IMG/VR virus record: IMGVR_UViG_3300031555_010858
Location: 64,001 to 128,000 of that record
From: a virus
Lineage: Duplodnaviria; Caudoviricetes
Length of the DNA stretch: 64,000 nt
Reading direction: 5' to 3' (one strand)
The position numbers and the translations under genes are program-made. Below, in pieces: positions 57,796-64,000 of this stretch. The stretch's first letter is position 1. Each line of letters starts with the position of its first letter. The notes under the pieces were generated by a model. That model saw only the letters and a list, made by a program, of their open reading frames with translations. It did no database searches and was not told the origin of the DNA.

Positions 57796-60700
57796 CTAAA
57801 GGAATCTTTCTCCTATATGAACATGTTTAACTCTTATATTATTTCCTAATCCTAAAGATTGGAATAATTCATCAGGTAAATGAATAGCTTTGATATTACC
57901 ACCACGAATAACAATTTTTATGTTTCTAGCATCAGCAGTAGTTTTATCTAATGAAGCATGTTCTTTAGTATTATGTAATGCATAGAACTTAATACTATCT
58001 TTATTTGTTCTATTAGGTACTTTTGATAATAATAAGTTGATAACATCTGCACTACAATTATTAACATTAACTAAAGATAATTTATCAGCTCCGCCAAACA
58101 TATGTTCAATTGTTAAGTTTGGATTTATGTTACAGTTTGAAATATTTAATGTTTCTAATGCTTCACAATTCATAAATAAAGCACTTACGTTAGTAGCCTT
58201 ACTAAAATCCCAATTACTTAAATCCAATTCTTTGAAAGGACTTCCACCAAATAATCCATACATTGCAGTAACATTACTTGTATTCCAATTAGTAACATCT
58301 ACTGATTCTAGTACTTTATTATTATAGAATACAAATGTCATGTCAGTAACATTATCAGTTTTAAAATGTCCAACTTCTAAATGTTTTAATGACTTACAAG
58401 AATAGAATGCACAATATAAAGTTATAACATTAGAAGTATCCCAATTTCTAGTATTAATTCTAGTAACATTTTCAGCTTTAGCAAATATATTATTCATACT
58501 TGATATATTTTCTTTGATATCTACATATAAAACATCTAATAATGATAAAATACCACTTTCTGTAAACGCACTACTTGAATCACCAAATACTATTCTCGTA
58601 GGTCTCTTATCAGATTTATATTTTAATGTTCTAACTACTCTACCATCAGCTTTCACATCATCAATAACTTCATAGTTTGATTGTGGATAACTTGGTGTTA
58701 TAGGTAAGAAGTTTTCATATACATTACTATCAAAGATGTATTTAACCATTATAGGCTCATAGCTTAAATTCCAGTTTTTAGCTTGTAATGTTTCTGTATC
58801 TAATAATGCTGGGTCTATATCATAGTAAGCAAGAGTACCAGCTTCTTTACCTGTTCTGTTAGGTAAATGTGGAATTATTGAATTAGTTGTATTTAGGTCA
58901 TTTGATGTTATTTTAATTAATTCAGGAGTATTTGTTAATATATAACTCATATTAGTTACATTACTAGTATCAAAATTACTTATATCTAATGAAGTTAATA
59001 ATTTACAATTCTCAAACATAGCATGCATAGTATTTACATTACTAGTATCAAAATTACTTACATCTAATGAAGTTAAATTATTACAACCATGGAACATAGC
59101 TTCCATACCAGTTACATTACTAGTGTCGAAATTACTTACATCTAATGAAGTTAATGAATTACAGTTTATAAACATACCGTTCATAGCAGTTACTTTACTA
59201 GTATCCCATTTACTTACATCTGATGAAGTTAAACTAGTACATTGTTCAAATGTCCAATCCATTTTAGTTACATTGCTAGTATCAAAATTACTTACATCTA
59301 ATGAAGTTAAACTATGGCATTTAAAGAACATTGCTGTCATAGTAGTTACTTTACTAGTATTAAAATTAGTAGTATTTATATATTTCAAATTAATACAACC
59401 AGCAAACATATAATCATTGTTTGTTATATAGTTGGTATCCATATCACATAATTCAATTAAGCAAGTATATCTAGGATAAAGTGTATTATCCCATCTACCA
59501 AATCTAACTATAGTAGGCATAGTGCCATCAACATCTTCTATATTTCTTGTTATTACACCCTTACTATCATTTGTATCCACAACAACATATTTATCCACAC
59601 CAAAGTCATAATTGAATATAGGTATTAAGTCCTCATAGATATTACTGTCGTATTTATAAGAAGCAATTAAGTATCCAAGGTGCCAGTTTTTACCAGCCAA
59701 TAAAGCAACTGTTTCTGCAGACACTTGGTCTTTATTAGGCATTATTATACGTCCAGTAGTAGTCGAACTTCTATCTGGAAGATATTGAACTAATTTATCT
59801 AATGTGTCTATTTCATTCATATAAATTCTTTCTGCTTTTTCTGTTTTTGTAAAGAAATTTTCTATTGCACAATCATCATGTATAACAATATTATTTAAGT
59901 TTATAGTAGTAGCATTGTCTAAACGAGCTAACATCCATTCAGCTCTAATAACATTACTCATATCAAAATTACTGATATCTAATGAAGTTAAAGAATAACA
60001 ATCTCCAAACATACTAACCATATTATTTACTTTGCTAGTATTCCATTTACTTAAATCCAATGAACTTAATTTTCTACAATGTCTAAATACAGATTCCATA
60101 TGAGTTACATTACTAGTATCCCAATTACTTACATCTAATCCATCTAGTTCATAGCAATAATGGAATAATGCAAGCATATTAGTTACATTACTAGTATTCC
60201 ATTTACTTACATCTAGTGTTTGTAACACATTACAATTTTCAAACATCTTAGTCATATCAGTTACTTTACTAGTATCAAAATTACTTACATCTAATGAAGT
60301 TAATGATTGACAATCTTTGAACATATATCCCATACTAGTTACGTTTCTAGTATCAAAATTACTTACATCTAATGAAGTTATTAAATAACAACTAGCAAAC
60401 ATACCTTCCATGTATTGTACGTTAGTAGTAATAAAGTTTTCTATTCCTACTATTTCAGTTAATTTTTGACAGTTAGTAAACATATAACCCATATTTTTTA
60501 CATTACTAGTATTAAAATTACTTACATCTAATGAAGTTAAATTAAAACATCTATCAAACATACTTTTAGTTGATGATACGTTAGATGTGTTCCATGTTTC
60601 TAATCCTGTTATATTTGTTACAGCCATCATATCATAGAATGTCCATTGTAAACTAAATACATTTCTAATATCAAAATTACTAACATCTAGTGAAGTTAAT

Positions 60701-63700
60701 GATTTAGCTGACGCAAATGCTGATTCTATACCAATTCCCACTAGAGGTACTGTAGGATATTTTGTTATATTCATTGATGTTATATTTGTACAGTATCTTA
60801 TTAAGCCTGTTATTTTTTCATAATAAGATAAATCCAATTCTATAATATTTAATAGTGAAGAACATTGTTTCTTTTCATATTCTGTTGGGTCACTTCCGTT
60901 TGGTCCAAATCTAATTGCATTGGCAGTTCCTGATAAATCCCCTTCTATACAATAAATAGTTCTAGTTACTATTTCATTAGCAGGTATAGTTGTTTGCTCT
61001 TCAGCAACTCCTATATATTTAACAGTTACACTATCAGTATCTAAATACTCGTCTTCTATAAAATAGTTTGTAAGTTCTTTATCTGGTCTGTTTATTACTG
61101 GAAGCATACTACCCCATATACTCTTAGCAAATTTATATTTAGTTAAAACTTTTAATCCTTCGCTTACACTTACAATAGACCAGTTTTTAGCAGCTAATGT
61201 ACTTATAGCTATTTCAGTAAATTCTGATAAAGCTATTTTAGTATAAATTTTACCTGGGTCATTAGCAGGTCTTGTTGGAAGATGGTCTATTATCTTAATA
61301 ATATTATTTTTGTTTTCACATTTAACGAATTTAAGATTTTTTTGATTTACTAAGAAGTCAGTACCTAAATTTGTATTCATATCGTAAGATGGTAAGTTTA
61401 ATCTAACTAATGATGGACTAGTAGTATTAGTAGTTCTAAACATACCGTCGAAGTTAGCAGTTACATTACTCCAGTTAAAATTAGCTAAGTTTAGAGTAAG
61501 ACAATTAAGATTGTTAAACATATAATCCATATTAGTTACTTTGCTTACATCCCATCCACTTACATCTAATTTAGTCATTTTATAACAGTTAGAGAACATA
61601 TTATTCATATCAGTTACATTACGTGTATCCCAACCACTTACGTCTTGTATTTCTAAGTTATTACACATATTAAACATCCAAGCCATATTATTTACTTTAC
61701 TAGTAGTCCATTTTTTTATATTACCTATAGTTGTTAAACTTGTGCAGTTGCTGAACATAGCATGCGTATCTTCAACTTTATCAGTATTCCATCCACTTAA
61801 ATCTAAATTTGTTAGACTCGAACAATCAGAGAATAATAATCTCATATTAGTTACATTTGCAGTGTTCCAGTTACCTACATTCACTGATTTTAACTTACCG
61901 TCTTGATTAAATATTCCATGCATATCTTGTACGTTTGTAGTATTCCAATTTTCAAGTCCTACGATTTCAGTTAATGCGTAACAATAACAGAATATTCCTC
62001 TTAGTGAAGTTACGTTACTAGTATCCCATCCACTTACATCTATTTTTTCTATTGAATTACATTCAGCAAATATATCTTTAGCAAATTCTGGAACTATGAA
62101 ATGATTTATATTTACTTTAGTTAAGTTTTTACATCTTCTAAACATACAAGCCGCAATAGTAAGGTTTCTAGTACACATGTCAAGAACTGACAATAAGGAC
62201 ATACTTCTTTCAGTTGTATCACCTTCTATACCATCACCTTCTACACCAAATCTTATCATAGTTGGTAATTTTCCATTTACAGACTCAATAGTTCTATTTA
62301 CTATTTTATATCTTACGTCAAATTCTCGGTTATTAGTTAAACTTCTTCCGAAAGTCATATATTTAGCATTGCTTGGTGATACTATAGTTTTAGGATAAGT
62401 ATCGCCTTCACTATTGCATGCATCGCTAATATAGTTTTTATTTTCATCAAAGAACATAACGTTTATAGGAGATTTTAATATATATAATATGTTAGGTATA
62501 CAATTTATAAGATTAGTACATTTATAGCCTTCACGATAATAACTATTAGTAGGCTGTGTATATGACCAATCAATGTTATCTTTAAATTCAATATCAAGTA
62601 CATGGTCATGAACTTCATCTATAACAGTATAATCATCTTCAGTGAATTCTATATTGAACTCAGGTAATAAGTTTTCATATCTGTTAGCGTCAAATGTATA
62701 ATTAACTATAGTGTCGCATATTATCCAGTTTTTAGCTGTTAATGCATTTACCGTTTCTTCAGGTATTAAAGCACGTATTGAAGTCATTAATTTACCACTT
62801 GTAGTAGCAGATCTATCTGGTAAATTTGGTAATACTAGATCCAATGTTTCTACTTTATTTACATAAAGTTTATTTAACGTGTTAAGTTTGTTACTAAAGA
62901 ATTCTGTAATATTTGCATTTGTAAAATCAACATTGTTTAAGTTTAGTGTTTCTATACTTTCAAGTTCACAAATAAATTTATCAGCAACTCTTAATTTACT
63001 AGTATCAAAATTACTTACATCTAGTGATTTTAATGATCTACAACGTTGGAACATATAATTCATATCTTCAACGTTTCTAGTATCCCAATTACTTACATTT
63101 ATAGATTGTAATCCCCAGCAATTATAGAACATATATTTCATATCCCATACCTTACTAGTATCAAAATTACTTACATCTAATCCATTATCTACACTTGTAT
63201 TAGCAAACATACCTTGCATAGAAGTTACATTACTAGTATTCCAATTACTTACATCAGTTATTATATTATCACATTGACCGAATACCCAGTTCATATCAAC
63301 TACATTACTAGTATCCCATTTAGATACATCTATATGATATAACTTTTTACATGTGTTGAATATTCCAGCTATATATTTAACATTTTTAGTATTCCATTTA
63401 CTTACATCAATTACAGATAAGTTTTGACAATAAGCAAATGTATAGTGTAATCTATTTACATTACTAACATCCCAATTACTTACATTTAATGAAGATAATC
63501 TATCACAATGTTGGAACATTGTTTTCATATCCCATACCTTACTAGTATTCCAGTTTCCTAAATCTCCAACTGAAGTTAAATTAACACAATTGTCAAATAA
63601 AGATTCCATACTAGTTACATTTCTAGTGTCCCAGTTACTTAGATCTAGTGTTGTTAATTGTTGACAGTAAGCGAACATACGACTCATATCAGTAGCTTTA

Positions 63701-64000
63701 CTAGTATTCCAATTATTTACATTTAACGCATAAACTTTTTGGTTATATAAGAACATGTTTGACATCCTAGTTACGTTACTAGTATCCCAATTTTCTAATC
63801 CTTTTATTTCTGTTATAGCATGGCATGCATCGAAAAGTTGATGCATATCAGTTACTTTACTAGTATTCCATCCACTTACATCTACTGCAGTTAATGCGTG
63901 ACAACCAGCAAATATCGTAACAAACGATGAGACTTTATCAGTTTTTATTCCAGTTACATCTACAGCTTTTAATTTAAAGCAACAGTTGAACATACCCATC
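57796..64000 (-). CDS. Giant DUF285/BspA-like LRR adhesin or receptor-binding protein, probably 5'-truncated
   Basis: Dozens of ~26-aa repeats (LDVSNWDTSNVTxMxxMFxxC) in several arrays; the ORF reaches the window edge. Confidence 0.88.
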   Translation of the reverse strand, partial: MGMFNCCFKLKAVDVTGIKTDKVSSFVTIFAGCHALTAVDVSGWNTSKVTDMHQLFDACHAITEIKGLENWDTSNVTRMSNMFLYNQKVYALNVNNWNTSKATDMSRMFAYCQQLTTLDLSNWDTRNVTSMESLFDNCVNLTSVGDLGNWNTSKVWDMKTMFQHCDRLSSLNVSNWDVSNVNRLHYTFAYCQNLSVIDVSKWNTKNVKYIAGIFNTCKKLYHIDVSKWDTSNVVDMNWVFGQCDNIITDVSNWNTSNVTSMQGMFANTSVDNGLDVSNFDTSKVWDMKYMFYNCWGLQSINVSNWDTRNVEDMNYMFQRCRSLKSLDVSNFDTSKLRVADKFICELESIETLNLNNVDFTNANITEFFSNKLNTLNKLYVNKVETLDLVLPNLPDRSATTSGKLMTSIRALIPEETVNALTAKNWIICDTIVNYTFDANRYENLLPEFNIEFTEDDYTVIDEVHDHVLDIEFKDNIDWSYTQPTNSYYREGYKCTNLINCIPNILYILKSPINVMFFDENKNYISDACNSEGDTYPKTIVSPSNAKYMTFGRSLTNNREFDVRYKIVNRTIESVNGKLPTMIRFGVEGDGIEGDTTERSMSLLSVLDMCTRNLTIAACMFRRCKNLTKVNINHFIVPEFAKDIFAECNSIEKIDVSGWDTSNVTSLRGIFCYCYALTEIVGLENWNTTNVQDMHGIFNQDGKLKSVNVGNWNTANVTNMRLLFSDCSSLTNLDLSGWNTDKVEDTHAMFSNCTSLTTIGNIKKWTTSKVNNMAWMFNMCNNLEIQDVSGWDTRNVTDMNNMFSNCYKMTKLDVSGWDVSKVTNMDYMFNNLNCLTLNLANFNWSNVTANFDGMFRTTNTTSPSLVRLNLPSYDMNTNLGTDFLVNQKNLKFVKCENKNNIIKIIDHLPTRPANDPGKIYTKIALSEFTEIAISTLAAKNWSIVSVSEGLKVLTKYKFAKSIWGSMLPVINRPDKELTNYFIEDEYLDTDSVTVKYIGVAEEQTTIPANEIVTRTIYCIEGDLSGTANAIRFGPNGSDPTEYEKKQCSSLLNIIELDLSYYEKITGLIRYCTNITSMNITKYPTVPLVGIGIESAFASAKSLTSLDVSNFDIRNVFSLQWTFYDMMAVTNITGLETWNTSNVSSTKSMFDRCFNLTSLDVSNFNTSNVKNMGYMFTNCQKLTEIVGIENFITTNVQYMEGMFASCYLITSLDVSNFDTRNVTSMGYMFKDCQSLTSLDVSNFDTSKVTDMTKMFENCNVLQTLDVSKWNTSNVTNMLALFHYCYELDGLDVSNWDTSNVTHMESVFRHCRKLSSLDLSKWNTSKVNNMVSMFGDCYSLTSLDISNFDMSNVIRAEWMLARLDNATTINLNNIVIHDDCAIENFFTKTEKAERIYMNEIDTLDKLVQYLPDRSSTTTGRIIMPNKDQVSAETVALLAGKNWHLGYLIASYKYDSNIYEDLIPIFNYDFGVDKYVVVDTNDSKGVITRNIEDVDGTMPTIVRFGRWDNTLYPRYTCLIELCDMDTNYITNNDYMFAGCINLKYINTTNFNTSKVTTMTAMFFKCHSLTSLDVSNFDTSNVTKMDWTFEQCTSLTSSDVSKWDTSKVTAMNGMFINCNSLTSLDVSNFDTSNVTGMEAMFHGCNNLTSLDVSNFDTSNVNTMHAMFENCKLLTSLDISNFDTSNVTNMSYILTNTPELIKITSNDLNTTNSIIPHLPNRTGKEAGTLAYYDIDPALLDTETLQAKNWNLSYEPIMVKYIFDSNVYENFLPITPSYPQSNYEVIDDVKADGRVVRTLKYKSDKRPTRIVFGDSSSAFTESGILSLLDVLYVDIKENISSMNNIFAKAENVTRINTRNWDTSNVITLYCAFYSCKSLKHLEVGHFKTDNVTDMTFVFYNNKVLESVDVTNWNTSNVTAMYGLFGGSPFKELDLSNWDFSKATNVSALFMNCEALETLNISNCNINPNLTIEHMFGGADKLSLVNVNNCSADVINLLLSKVPNRTNKDSIKFYALHNTKEHASLDKTTADARNIKIVIRGGNIKAIHLPDELFQSLGLGNNIRVKHVHIGERFL
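58959..59365. repeat. 78-bp tandem coding repeats (DUF285 units)
   Basis: Near-invariant TTACTAGTATCAAAATTACTTACATCTAATGAAGTTAA recurring every 78 bp; similar arrays near 60220-60545 and 62995-63900. Confidence 0.85.

Noticed and set aside
58959-60545. CRISPR-like constant/variable periodic DNA
   Set aside because: The 78-bp period is in frame with DUF285 protein repeats, the intervening segments are homologous to each other, and no cas genes are present.
1-64000. tRNA, rRNA or tmRNA genes
   Set aside because: No cloverleaf or T-loop signature was found in the intergenic regions.

Overview
AT-rich segment of a jumbo bacteriophage of the phiKZ/AR9(PBS1)-related type. The host is probably a clostridial Firmicute, inferred from Firmicute-style RBSs, a host-like RNase R, a phiLC3-type holin and an SH3b lysin. 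The window carries four pieces of split multisubunit RNA polymerases: a beta piece running off the left edge (absent from the ORF track), a beta' N-half with NADFDGD, and two paralogous beta' C-halves, which implies two RNAPs. It also encodes an SF2 helicase, RNase R, RNase H, an HNH homing endonuclease, a dCMP deaminase-Nudix fusion, ThyA and DHFR, a Ser/Thr-kinase-like protein, a minimal PolB-palm-like protein, a 2525-aa LamG/CotH-kinase/LRR protein, virion proteins, and a minus-strand block of holin, coiled-coil fibre, collagen fibre and DUF285 adhesin genes. Two promoter classes can be read directly from the intergenic DNA. One is a fixed-spacing TGTAA-N19-TATATTAT motif (putative early). 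The other is an AR9-like (A/T)ACA-N6-TA motif (putative late), found even though this phage encodes thymidylate synthesis. The most novel candidates are three structured non-coding RNAs bounded by promoter and terminator signals. One of them (3734-3844, minus strand) is complementary to the ribosome-binding sites of both putative non-virion RNAP beta' genes, suggesting an sRNA feedback loop on the early-to-late switch. All functional assignments come from motif reading; no database searches were run.
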